DNA from: Mitosporidium daphniae
Taxonomy: Eukaryota
Assembly (NCBI RefSeq): GCF_000760515.2
Contig: NW_013546545.1
Location: 1 to 46,221, forward strand
Direction: 5' to 3'
DNA length: 46,221 nt
Part shown: positions 22,655 through 33,109 of the stretch, piece by piece
How positions within the stretch are numbered: the stretch's first letter is position 1
Layout: each line of letters opens with the position of its first letter
Made by a program: the position numbers and the translations under genes
Notes under the pieces: model-generated
What the model was told of the DNA's origin: nothing
Database searches by the model: none
Seen by the model: only the letters and a program-made list of their open reading frames with translations

Positions 22655-23632
22655 CTAGCGGCGAGTACGTTTACTAGCAGGATGTTCAGGTCTAGGCACT
22701 AACTCTTCATTGCGGGTCGCGATACTCATGGCAGTCGACGTGAAAGAAGCAGAAACTGCCCCCCGAGTTCCCCTTGTAGAAAGCGGCGGGGCATAAACAT
22801 CACGCGAAGGCATTGGAGCCGCCCCAGGGCATGTAATGGTAATGTTGCTTGGCAGATGTCGCAGCTGCATCTTTTCAAGTCCAAGCTTCCGACATTCCGC
22901 CTGTAATGCGGACGGCTTCTCGCGGATACTCCGGAAAATTCGATCAATACTTGGCGATGGACTGGCAGCAGGTATCTTCGCAGACTGAGCAATCGCTATT
23001 AAAGGCTGCCTATTTCCGAGTTTCGAGATGTTTTGTGGCTGATTTTTTGCTACTGACGCGACCCCTGTGATGACCCGAATAATGTCTGCTGAGGTAAATG
23101 AAATTCCGGTCACAAGATCTATAAAATTTCGCCGGGAAACATTGAGCTGTTGGATTGTCTCTGCGTCGTAGAGCCAACCACTTGTACGTATAGCAACAAT
23201 AGGGAGATGATCCGTGAGTGTCCTCCTGCTCACAGGACAAATAGGCTCATGTGTAACAGGATCAATTTCCCATTTAATTGGGATAAAGCGGCTTTTGCCT
23301 CTCTTGTCAGTGGATTTATCCTGGCATGGGGCATGGGACCCATCAATGATCTGGTCTGACACCTCAGTCGTAGCGTCTGTTTCATTGGTTAGAGAGTCTG
23401 AAATTTCGCTGGAAATAGCGTGCTTGTCGTAGAGAAGACCAGTAATGGTATCAAGCATAGGCTGCACACCAGGAGCAGAGCCCTTGCCAAACAGCTGAGA
23501 GAAAGAGCGATTGCAACATCCAAAGGGGAGGTGATATCCTTCTGCATACTTTCTTGGTGCTGCTTTTGCCCCACCGAAATCAGCTGCCCATTCCCCATGT
23601 GTGATGTAAAGCTTGTCCGTCCACTTTCCCAT
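22655..23632 (-). CDS. PPIL2: PPIL2/Cyp60-like protein, N-terminal U-box/Rtf2 RING region only
   Basis: MGKWTDKLYITHGEW, LPFGCC, CPVSRRTLTDHLPIVAI, DLVTGISFTSADII and SASFTSTAM. No intact PPIase domain. Confidence 0.8.
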   Translation of the reverse strand: MGKWTDKLYITHGEWAADFGGAKAAPRKYAEGYHLPFGCCNRSFSQLFGKGSAPGVQPMLDTITGLLYDKHAISSEISDSLTNETDATTEVSDQIIDGSHAPCQDKSTDKRGKSRFIPIKWEIDPVTHEPICPVSRRTLTDHLPIVAIRTSGWLYDAETIQQLNVSRRNFIDLVTGISFTSADIIRVITGVASVAKNQPQNISKLGNRQPLIAIAQSAKIPAASPSPSIDRIFRSIREKPSALQAECRKLGLEKMQLRHLPSNITITCPGAAPMPSRDVYAPPLSTRGTRGAVSASFTSTAMSIATRNEELVPRPEHPASKRTRR

Positions 23633-23818
23633 TTGAGTAGCTTTTTAATTAATTTCATCCTTGTCACAAATTAAAATTTTGTTTAAATTTCATACTGAGA
23701 CCATGTCGCACCAATGGGGACCACAATAAAGCATCCACTATCCTGTTTCAGGGACAATTGAGTTGGGCTTACCCATACACCCAAGTGTATCCTTTCCATT
23801 TTATTGCTAGAATTATTT

Positions 23819-24076
23819 ATGCATTTGTGGATAGAAACTATAGATGGCGGGAAAGATGCGGAAGGGGTGATGGAACAACATCTGCTGAAGAGCTCGTTAA
23901 AAAACAATGAGACGCTATATAACCAGGACTGCAGTGGGCGTAAAAAGAAACTCAGGGTAAGATTTGTCGATAGCAACGGAAAACTGACAAAGCCCCGAAA
24001 AACATCTAAATATAAAGAAAGGAAAGAATACCCGTTTCGATTTGAGAACACGAGTTTCCATGGCTTAAAATACTAA
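23819..24076 (+). CDS. Possible small basic hypothetical protein
   Basis: Open frame from ATG 23819 with a Lys/Arg-rich C-terminus. A competing minus-strand ORF (23683-24051) overlaps it; unresolved. Confidence 0.25.
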   Translation: MHLWIETIDGGKDAEGVMEQHLLKSSLKNNETLYNQDCSGRKKKLRVRFVDSNGKLTKPRKTSKYKERKEYPFRFENTSFHGLKY

Positions 24077-24109
24077 ATTTTTATTTTTTTAAATTTTATT
24101 TCATATCTG

Positions 24110-25168
24110 ATGGATCGCATAGAAAATGCGTTTCAGCAGGCCGCTGCATTTGCTGATGCATTTGAGCATGAGCAAGCAATAAAGGCTTTGATAGATGGCG
24201 GGGGTCTTGGTCCGTTGCTAGGAAAAGGCGCCGATCTTATACCACATCTGCCCACCCTTCATCTTTTTGCAAGTATAAGTCTAGAGCTGGATGATGTTAG
24301 TGCAGCCGCTAGTGTATCAGTTTGCATCGCTTTCCAATAGGCATATGAGTTGGCTATTGAAGCCTTTCCAAATGAGCGTGGTAGCTATGTCTTTCTTGCA
24401 CCACTGCTTAGCGATCCACGAGATGCACTTGAGCTTTACACAAAGGCTCTTTCCCTCAAAGAAGCGACTGAAAGCCCATCATTAAATGATCCTTCTGAAA
24501 AACAACGCTTCGTTCAAGGATCACACCCAACCACAGCTCAGATCCACTGTGCAATTGCCGAACTCTGGATCACCGACCTGTGCAACGAACAGGACGCGGA
24601 TGCGATTGCCACTGAGCATCTTGCATTGGCAGCGATGGAAGATCCTCTCTCCGCCGAAGTTGCGTATCTTCAGGCACAGCTCTTTCTCAATCAGTCGAAT
24701 AAGATGGCTGCTCAGGTAGCTTTTGAGCGTGCCCTTTCCCTTCTTCCCATAAATAATGATCAAGAATTGGAAATAGAAGAGAATCAGATGCCGTCCATGG
24801 AGCTAGTGCTTCAAATAGCCAAGCTTGGCATTGAGCTTGAGGCATATCGGCAATCTATTCCTCTTCTAGAATGGTCTTTGGAGCTGCAAGATGATCTACC
24901 TGACCTTCATTATCTACTTGGCCTTGCCCTTCTCTCTTTACCGATGGAGGATGAGGAACGAGTGCTACTCGGACGGGAGCATTTACTCGCAGCGAAAAAG
25001 GTAAATCATCCAGCCTCACTGTAGTTGATCCTAAAATTTGATGAAAATGAGGCCAATATTGAAGAAGCACACGAAGAGCCTTCAGCCCTTGACGGCTCCA
25101 CTGTTGAGACGGCATCATTCGAAGATATGTTGGCACACATTGAGGAGCTTCTGGCCGCTTCCGATTAA
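24110..25168 (+). CDS. ACL4: TPR protein, Acl4-like (assembly chaperone of Rpl4)
   Basis: HCAIAELWITDLCNEQDA motif and TPR helices. Introns at 24314-24340 and 25001-25024. Confidence 0.82.
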
Positions 25169-25279
25169 CTTATAAACTGTAAATCCGAGCTGCAGTACAA
25201 TCAGGCAGCATCAATCTGACCTCGCTTAGGCAACTTGGGATCCATTATAAACGCAAGTATTTAAATTTATTACAATGGG

Positions 25280-25612
25280 CTATTTGTTAGCAGAGCCCTG
25301 GGCGGCGGCGCGGCGGCGAGCGGCTGCGGCCTGGGCAGCCTCACGATTGATCTGCGCTTTGGACTTTGGAGGCTCACCGCGCGTAATTGTTGGCACAAGT
25401 GCTCCAAGCTTGCGTCCAACCATTTCTTCTCGCACAACGAGCGGGGTGAAGGACCGACCCGTGTGCACGAGGAGTTTCGCACCAACAAATGCAGGAATGA
25501 CAGTTGACGAGCGTGCATATGTGATGACACCTTTCTTTGTAGCAGCATCCTCCTGTATGGCCTTGAAGAGTCTAAGGTCAAAGTATGGCCCCTTCCAAAG
25601 AGCCCGGGGCAT
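25280..25612 (-). CDS. RSM19: Mitochondrial ribosomal protein uS19m
   Basis: MPRALWKGPYF, TYARSSTVIPAFVG, VHTGR and EEMVGRKLG. Confidence 0.92.
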   Translation of the reverse strand: MPRALWKGPYFDLRLFKAIQEDAATKKGVITYARSSTVIPAFVGAKLLVHTGRSFTPLVVREEMVGRKLGALVPTITRGEPPKSKAQINREAAQAAAARRRAAAQGSANK

Positions 25613-25756
25613 TAGGAAAATTTGTAGTAAAAATTGGGGTCGAATTAACTTTAATTTAACCCCAAAAATGGAGGTGAAATATTGTAGGCTAAATTTAAAA
25701 AATCAGGCAACCAAAACAGAATGAAATTATTTTTAATTGACAAATTAAAAAGCTAA

Positions 25757-27171
25757 ATGGCCATTCGACTCTTTTCAACACCCACCCAACAAAGTTTGAG
25801 TGCCAATGCAGGCCCTTCCATGCATTTAAATACAGTAGATTCAGGTAAAAGCAGCACTGCTTCTGACTTGGCCTTTGGTGGGATTGCACCGTGGCTTATC
25901 ACTACGCTCGCATCACTTGGGATCAAAACGCCTACAGAGGTACAGACTGCCTGCATTCCTGCAATTCTCGGAGGCCACGATGTCATCGCTTCCTCAAGAA
26001 CTGGTTCTGGGAAAACTGCTGCATTTGCGCTACCAGTTTTGACGCTTCTTTCACAAGATCCATTTGGAATTTTCGCTCTGGTTTTGTCGCCAACACGCGA
26101 GCTTGTACTACAAATCGGGGAGCAGTTCAAAGCATTTGGTGAGGGCCTTAAGCTGGGGGTATCTATCGTCATCGGAGGCCTTGATATGATGCAGCAGGCC
26201 ATGTCGCTTGCCAATGATCGTCCACATATTGTGATTGCAACCCCTGGAAGACTTGCTGACCTTCTCCGCTCCTCGCCTGATCTGAAAAGAGCATTTTCTC
26301 GTCTAAAATTCCTCATCTTTGACGAGGCTGATCGCTTGCTGGGTGAGGAGTGTTTTCACAGTCCCGTGGCGGAGATAATTTCTGCCTCATCTGAGAAAAG
26401 ACAAAATCTCTTCTTTTCTGCAACGCTTCCTCGTTCGATTGTTGATAACATTCGTCTCATGCTCCCTAAAAAAGAGCCATTTATCTACAACTGCAAGGAG
26501 TCATATGAAGGCATCGCCTCGCTTGTTCAACGCTGCGTTATCATTCCAAGTCAGGTAAAAGATAGCTATCTGGTCCATCTTCTTACGACAGGGCCATTTG
26601 CTTCTACCCCATCGATCATTATTTTTGTAGGCAAGTGCAAGTAAGGTGTCTTTTTGCAACTAATCTCACTAGGACGGCTGAACTTCTTCGTTTGACTTTC
26701 AAAGAGCTAAAAATCAGATCCACGGCTTTGCACTCACGAATGTCCCAAAAGGAACGCATTGGGTCTCTCATCAGATTCAAGGGAGAAGTTGTCCCTATCC
26801 TCATCACAACGGACCTCTCTTCTCGTGGTCTCGATATTCCAGCTGTACAGCTGGTCATCAATTATGATGTACCCGCCGATCCGCGGACTTATATTCATCG
26901 CATTGGGAGAACCGCCCGAGCCGGAAAAGGTGGACAATCAATCACATTCATCGGGGAAATAGATGTGGCTCTCTTCAAAGCTATTGAAGATGAAATGAAA
27001 AAAAACTCGACATTTACATCCATCACTCCCCTTGACGAAGAATTTATCAAGGAAAGTGAAGTCCTCTCACTCCTCAATCCTGTCAGCAAGGCTAAAAGAA
27101 TGGCCTCCATGGCACTTTTGGATTCTGGATTTGGAGAGAGGGAACGGAGGCGCAAGCAGAGAGAACCATGA
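25757..27171 (+). CDS. DBP8: DEAD-box RNA helicase Dbp8/DDX49
   Basis: TGSGKTAAFALP, DPFGIFALVLSPTREL, DEAD, SAT, RGLDIP and HRIGRTAR. One 32-nt intron at 26641-26672. Confidence 0.92.
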
Positions 27172-27336
27172 GCCATTTGTACCATAATTTATTGAGGACG
27201 AAATAAAACATCTATTTAACTAAACGAGCAGTTTACAACGGTGACGCACAAGTTTAACGGAGAAAGTAAACTCGAATCTTGGTTGTACTTTCAAGTGGCC
27301 CTTAGTTCTCTTCAGTTGGTTAAATATTTTCCAAGC

Positions 27337-27815
27337 CATCAAAACAGGCGGAGTACCGGTTGGGAAAAGAACGCACATGTGCATTTTGAAAAGTAAACAA
27401 TTAAAATTAGCGCTGTGAAAAAACAGAAAAAGATAGAACTTACAGCACGCAGTATTCCCATGCGGTCACCCATCATAGTACTGACTGCGCCAGCACTGGC
27501 TTGACTTCGGGGATCGGACGAGACCCGGTGTTTTCCAGTGTGTATGGCCGTAGATATTGGGTTGATAAAATATTTTAATATATATTTATTATTTGAGCAT
27601 CTTTCGAAGCCCGATTTGGATATTTACAATTTGAACGATGCCAATCTCAGCCCTCTCCAGGTCTACATCTAAAAAAGCATTTGGAATCATTTTGCTGCTT
27701 ATATTTTCAATTGAGTTTATCATTTTTATGGTTAGCTTTATCCCTTCACCCAGCTCTCCATTTAAGATCTCATTCTGGGCGATCAAGGATGATGGCTTCT
27801 ATAATAGCGGCTATT
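27337..27815. repeat. Direct repeat copy 1 (>=479 bp), matching 45743-46221
   Basis: Identical by eye at offset 18,406 except T27440 vs C45846. The right boundary cannot be seen because copy 2 runs off the window. Confidence 0.95.
27437..27555 (-). rRNA. 5S rRNA, copy 1
   Basis: Minus strand ATCTACGGCCATAC...TCTCGTCCGATC...GAAGTCAAGC...AGTACTATGATGGGTGACC...GGGAATACTGCGTGCTGTAAGTT, about 119 nt, with T-tracts downstream. Confidence 0.95.
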
Positions 27816-28351
27816 CCTTGTGGTCCTGGATTGGTGACTCAACAATCTCGCCTCAAATGAATTTCTCTTTGTCATTGTTGTGCTTATCGGTTGGTATACA
27901 TTTTTCGATAATCATTTTTCTGTCGATCTTTTTTTTGATTTCCTGGAATGACCGGATTTTTCAAACTGCTTGTGTGGAGCCAGATAAAAAGATAACACCT
28001 TATTCTGTGGTTGCAATTCTTATCCGAGGGACTTTTTTTATTGCACTTATTGCATCGCTTGCCCCAATTGTGTTATATGAGACTTTTATTCTTCGGGCAA
28101 TAGATGCAGATTATCGGGGGTTTCAAGCTCGGTCTGGTGCGCAAGGGGTTCATCAAGGGCCTTCCTTTTATCTATGGTGCATTTCAATTGCGCTGCACAT
28201 ATCTGCCATATATTTAGCCATTAGAATTACACGACCTGCAACCACTCTGGATTACGACGATGAAGAGGATGATCATGATGATGGACTCAAGTCAGAGGGT
28301 GAGATAAAGGCATTTTCTACTATTGCATTTAAAAGAAGACTGAGTTCGTGA
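27638..28351 (+). CDS. Multi-pass (probably 4-TM) membrane protein, SUR7/PalI or claudin-like
   Basis: Hydrophobic helices, GYSLWSW after TM1, GPSFYLWCIS at the last TM, and an acidic tail. Confidence 0.6.
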   Translation: MPISALSRSTSKKAFGIILLLIFSIEFIIFMVSFIPSPSSPFKISFWAIKDDGFYNSGYSLWSWIGDSTISPQMNFSLSLLCLSVGIHFSIIIFLSIFFLISWNDRIFQTACVEPDKKITPYSVVAILIRGTFFIALIASLAPIVLYETFILRAIDADYRGFQARSGAQGVHQGPSFYLWCISIALHISAIYLAIRITRPATTLDYDDEEDDHDDGLKSEGEIKAFSTIAFKRRLSS

Positions 28352-28619
28352 ATGTTTCCATTGTAATCCAGATTCCAGACATCATGCCCCAATTGCCTTA
28401 GACTGTATCTAAAGTGGACAATAAAACTATCCACAATTGAATTTACTTGAAAAAACCCCGGATGGTAAACCGAAACGAGCTGTCGCTCAAGGGTCCTTGT
28501 AAAGCGTCTATTGGAATATTACACCATCATTACATACTACCTTGGCTCTTTTAAGCAAAAATCAAAATTAAAAATAATTATTAAGTTCGGTGTAGGGTAG
28601 CACTGGGCTTTGCGATTGG

Positions 28620-30255
28620 CTATCCCTTTCTCTTTAGTGGGAGGGGCTTGATTACAAGGCCATTGAGATTCTGTGAAATTCTAGGGGCTATCTTTTTCTG
28701 CAAAGTAGAAGTAGGGTTCCACTCTTTGCCCACAGGTATCAAGTAGCTCGCAGCGTTGAATTGTGCCTCATTGTCATATGGATATGGAAGCCGGCTCAGC
28801 AGATATTTACGTTCTGTCTGTTTTGGGTCGCGCTTTTCTCTGATGATCACATGGGGGAGACGGGCATCTTTTCGTTTTGAAGGATCAACACCCTCTCTGT
28901 CTTGCAGGTTTGGATTTGGGATCAAAAAAGGCCTTTTCCTTTTCAATTTTTCTTCCGAAATCCCGTGTCCACCCCAGGAGCCCCAGCCGACAAGTGTTGC
29001 ATCTACAAAAGGCTTTGCAACCTCATTTGCAGCCACGGAAAGCTTTTCTGAAGCAAATTCTAGCGCGTCCGAAATCACGCCTTTGTCATGCTGAAATGCC
29101 TCTGCCACAAGCGATCGCTGAAACTGAATTGCCGAGTCGTTCTTTAGTAGCACCGGTTTTGAGGAGAGTTCTTTGACATTTTCTTTCGTAAAATTATTTT
29201 CTTTAATTTGCTCCTTCCAACTCTGTTTATCCTTTGAAACGGAAGAAAAGGATCTCTGTCCCAGGAGAATTTCGTCATCAGAGTCTTCTTGACTGTCATG
29301 ATCGGAAATATCCTCGCCATCTCCAGAGTCTTGCTGATCAGAATCAGAGGCGGCAGGTCCGGCACCTTTTTTCATGAACTTTAATGTCAACAATGAAGAC
29401 GAGGAGGCTGGGGGAGGAGAGTCTTCTTCATGTTCCTCTGGTTCTTCGTCGCTGAGGTATATCTTTGATTTCAGCCTCTGGATTCTTGTTTGCTCTTCTT
29501 GAGCCAATTGAGCCTCTGGAGAGAGAGCACTCAAATGCTGAGTGCCCCTTTGGTGTCTGTGCTTCTGCGTCATTCGTTCCTAGGGAATAAGAAATTTTTC
29601 AAACTTTTGCTCTCGCAATTTCTGCTTTAAGAAGAGCCTTCTGGGAAGGCTCAGATTGGCTCATTTCCTTAGCACTCTTTGCTTCACGCTCCTTCTTTTT
29701 TATCCTATGATACGCCTTGCTCTTTATTTTTGCACTCCTCTTTTGTTTCTTCTGTTGGAAGAAGAGAAAGGAGCGGAGCTTTTGTAGATCAATTTGCCGC
29801 TCCCTAGCCAAATCGGGCGTAAGCCCCTGCAATGGATCTTCAAGTGAATTGGGTGTTTCTGCTGAAAGAATTGAGTCCATTTTTTGTTCCAGATCGCTTT
29901 TGGGCGAAAAGCTTTCAAACATCGACTTCGACGTGGGTATGGGGGCACAGGCTCCCGGTCGCGCTGTGGAAAGAAAAAGAGACTCTGCTTTTCTGTTTGA
30001 GGTAATTGCTGGAAGCCATTTTGAAAGGTCCTTTGAAACTTGTTCGTATGCTGCAATCCGTTTGATTTTCTCGGATTTAAATTTTGGAAGCGGCTTTTGA
30101 ATTGGTTGCAGATTTGACGAAATCTTTGCAATCTTGTCGAGCTTTTTATCGCTATGAATGGTTTTGACAAAGGATCCTCCTTCAACCTCAAATGCCGCTG
30201 GCGTGGACGGCCCCGGTTTGCGGGCAGCAGCGATCAGGTCGTCTAAGGTAAGCAT
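28620..30255 (-). CDS. UTP14: U3 snoRNP / SSU processome protein Utp14 (536 aa)
   Basis: KIKSKAYHRIKKK, ERMTQKH, GWGSWGG, LPYPY and PVGKEWN. One 25-nt intron at 29580-29604. Confidence 0.92.
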
Positions 30256-30354
30256 AAAAAAGTTTTTGGGGCAAATTTTTTTTAAATTTAATATATTTTT
30301 AAACTTCCTGATAATGTGTCATCATGCACCATGAAACCTTGATGGGATGTGTTG

Positions 30355-32955
30355 ATGTGGATGGTTTTTATGAGCCCACCGTCGGGAAATAACCACCACT
30401 ACAAACCAATAGAGAACTATGGTGTGATAGGGAATATGCACACCGTTGCGCTTGTTTCTCGCCATGGCGCTTCTATTGATTTTTTTTGCTATCCGGATTT
30501 TGATTCGCCGACTGTGTTTGCACGCCTTTTGGACCATGCAAAGGGCGGTTTTTTTGAGATTCTGCCCTCAGATTGCGCTGTGTTTCATCCGCGCCTTCAA
30601 TCAATATACGGATGCACCCCAAGGACCGGACAAAAAATACGCACAAAGCAGCTCTATTTGCCATCTTCAAATATCCTCGTCACGCGGTTTTCAGGTAAAG
30701 AAGGTATTTCGCAAGTGACCGATTTAATGCCTGTCAAGGAGAGTGGAGCGGCTTCGCATCCATGGATAATTAGAAAGTTGGAGTGCATTCGAGGCCCTGT
30801 CTCCATAGACGTCAGGATATGTCCTGCCTTCGACTATGCGCGATCTGGACATACGCTATATCGCTGTGATCTGCACAATAGAATATTGTTTGAAAGCCGC
30901 TTTATGACAATGGAGCTATGCTGGGTCCTTCAGAGGCCTTCTGATCATGAAGGGAGCATATGCAGATCTCACATTCAGCACGGAGGGCGACTCGATTGTT
31001 CTTGCTCTTCGCCTACTGCATTTTCGATCTGGAAAGTTGAGGATAAAGATAAGCGGAGGCCTGGGTCCATGGCTACTTTTACCCTTGTTGAGGGCCAATC
31101 CATGCTGTTTGTCCTACGTGACATTAGCAATCCCACTGAGCGTGCAAAAGTAGATTCTCCATCGTACACGTACCTCTTGGACCTTATTGGCGGGACACTT
31201 TCCTTTTGGCATTCATGGATTGCAGGTTGCACATACAAGGGCCGTTGGCGGGAGATCGTGCACCGCTCTGCTTTGCTTTTGAAGTTGCTTACATACGCAC
31301 CTACAGGCGCCATCATTGCCGCTCCAACATTTGGGCTGCCAGAAGAAATTGGTGGCCTCCTGAATTGGGATTATCGATTCACTTGGATTAGAGATGCAGC
31401 TTTCACTGTATACGCCTTTCTCCGCATCGGTTTCAAAGAAGAGGCGGTTCAATTTATGGAATTCATCGCTAGACGTTGCATGGAAATCGGGACATCAGAA
31501 GGTTCCTCATCACTGCAAGTTTTGTATGATATTCGTGGCAAGTCGCCTTCGGCGATGATCTGCTCATATCGAGCGCGTTCACATTGGTATCCGGAGCAAG
31601 TGAATCCCGATTTGGAAAATGTAGACATTGGCGGTCGTTATGAGGGAGGTGCTTCTTTGATAGAAGACTCCCCCCCCTCTCATGCGCTCTTATTCTCCAA
31701 AAGAAAATTCACCAAGTTCTGTAGAATTTTCTGCGACACTGCGTGCACTCTACTTGGAAGATAACGAATGTGAAATCATACTCCCTCATTTGGATGGGTA
31801 TTGCGGCAGCAAACCCATACGAATCGGAAATGCTGCTTATAACCAGACGCAGACAGACGTTTACGGGGAACTTATGGATGCCATCTACTTGGTTGATAAG
31901 TGGGCACGTCCCCTCTCCTATGATTACTGGAACGTTATTAGACGCACTCTGATACCGCAGGTGTTGGCCACATGGCATTTGCCGGATCATGGCATCTGGG
32001 AGCTCCGGCACGGTCAACGTCATTACACATATTCCAAGGTAGGCGACTATAAATATTTAGGCGTTCATATTTTGGATTCTCTTGAGGTATTTATCTCTAT
32101 GTGTAGGTGATGTCATGGGTCGCCCTGGATCGCGCAATTCGCCTTGCTGCAAAGCGGTCATTTCCATCAGAAGCAGAGAGCCTCTGGCGCCCTGCTCGCG
32201 ATGCTCTCTTCGAGGAGGTGATGGAGCGCAGTTGGAGCAAGGAGCGTCAGGCTTTCGTTCAATACTACGGTTCTAACGATCTGGATGCTTCCTCATTAGT
32301 GATGCCACTTGTATTCTTTCTCTCCCCCCTCGATCCCAAGTTTCTTTCTACTCTCAGAGAGACCCTAAAGCCTACGCGCATGGGTGGCCTAACGGCGAAC
32401 AATCTGTGTTTTCGGTGGTCTTTTTTGGAATCTTCATCTCCAGTGAGATTGCCTCAAACTTTGGTCCCTTTAGCTTCAGATGATAATGCTGCCGCAAATG
32501 TAGACTCCATTGTTCCCGTTGTTGATAGCATTGTTCCCGTTGTTGATAGCATTGTTCCCGTTGTTGATAGCATTGTTCCCGTTGTTGATAGCATTGTTCC
32601 CGTTGTTGATAGCATTGTTCCCGTTGTTGACAGTACGGCTCCTGTATTGCTTGAAAATACGATTGACGCGGCAATGATCTTGAAGAACGAGGGCACCTTT
32701 AATCTCTGCTCCTTCTGGCTGGTAGAGGCAATGGCCAGGGCGGGTTCAAAGGCAATGCTCAACGATAAGCACTTTCTTGATCTGGCTGTTCTCAAATTTG
32801 AAGATATCATTGGGTATGCGAATCACTTGGGGCTTTTTTCAGAGGAAATTTCGCCCAGCGGCGAAGCGCTTGGAAACTTTCCACAGGCATTTACTCATCT
32901 GGCCCTAATCAGCGCTGCGTTTAACATTGACCGGAACCTTGACGAACAGCACTAA
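30355..32955 (+). CDS. Glycoside hydrolase family 15 (trehalase/glucoamylase-related); start codon and one frame junction uncertain
   Basis: [69 protein letters not shown] and EE...[14 protein letters not shown]. 68-nt intron at 32039-32106; a frame switch is needed between 31621 and 31760. Confidence 0.88.
32509..32634 (+). repeat. Coding minisatellite, 6 x 21 bp (IVPVVDS)
   Basis: ATTGTTCCCGTTGTTGATAGC five times perfect plus one variant ending GACAGT. Confidence 0.97.
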
Positions 32956-33109
32956 AAGCCTGCATTTCTCTGCTTGCTCATCATTACCATTGCACTAAAT
33001 GATCTAGCATACAACGGATGCACCTAAAAGTTATTTTAGGGTTAGATATTTCGCGATTTTTAATTGCCATTGTCGCACAGGCTACTGCTGGCCTTTTTGC
33101 TTTAATTTT

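Noticed and set aside
27589..27786. 65-aa minus-strand ORF, repeated at 45995-46192
   Set aside because: It starts at a non-ATG codon, is antisense to the membrane-protein gene, and recurs only because of the duplication.
28455..28497. Hammerhead-like element (two small hairpins around CGAAAC)
   Set aside because: It lacks the CUGAUGA core and a correctly placed NUH cleavage triplet.
32372..32810. Minus-strand repeat ORFs (QQREQCY)n and (STTGTML)n
   Set aside because: They are antisense shadows of the 21-bp repeat inside the conserved GH15 gene.
30355..32955. Recent bacterial horizontal transfer of the GH15 gene
   Set aside because: It has a spliceosomal intron, and this GH15 subtype also occurs in fungi; the claim needs a phylogeny.
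33036..33045. Telomere-like TTAGGGTTAG (also CTAACCCTA at 4924-4932)
   Set aside because: Each has fewer than two repeat units, which is compatible with chance. A Tbf1/telo-box role upstream of EF2 cannot be supported from one instance.
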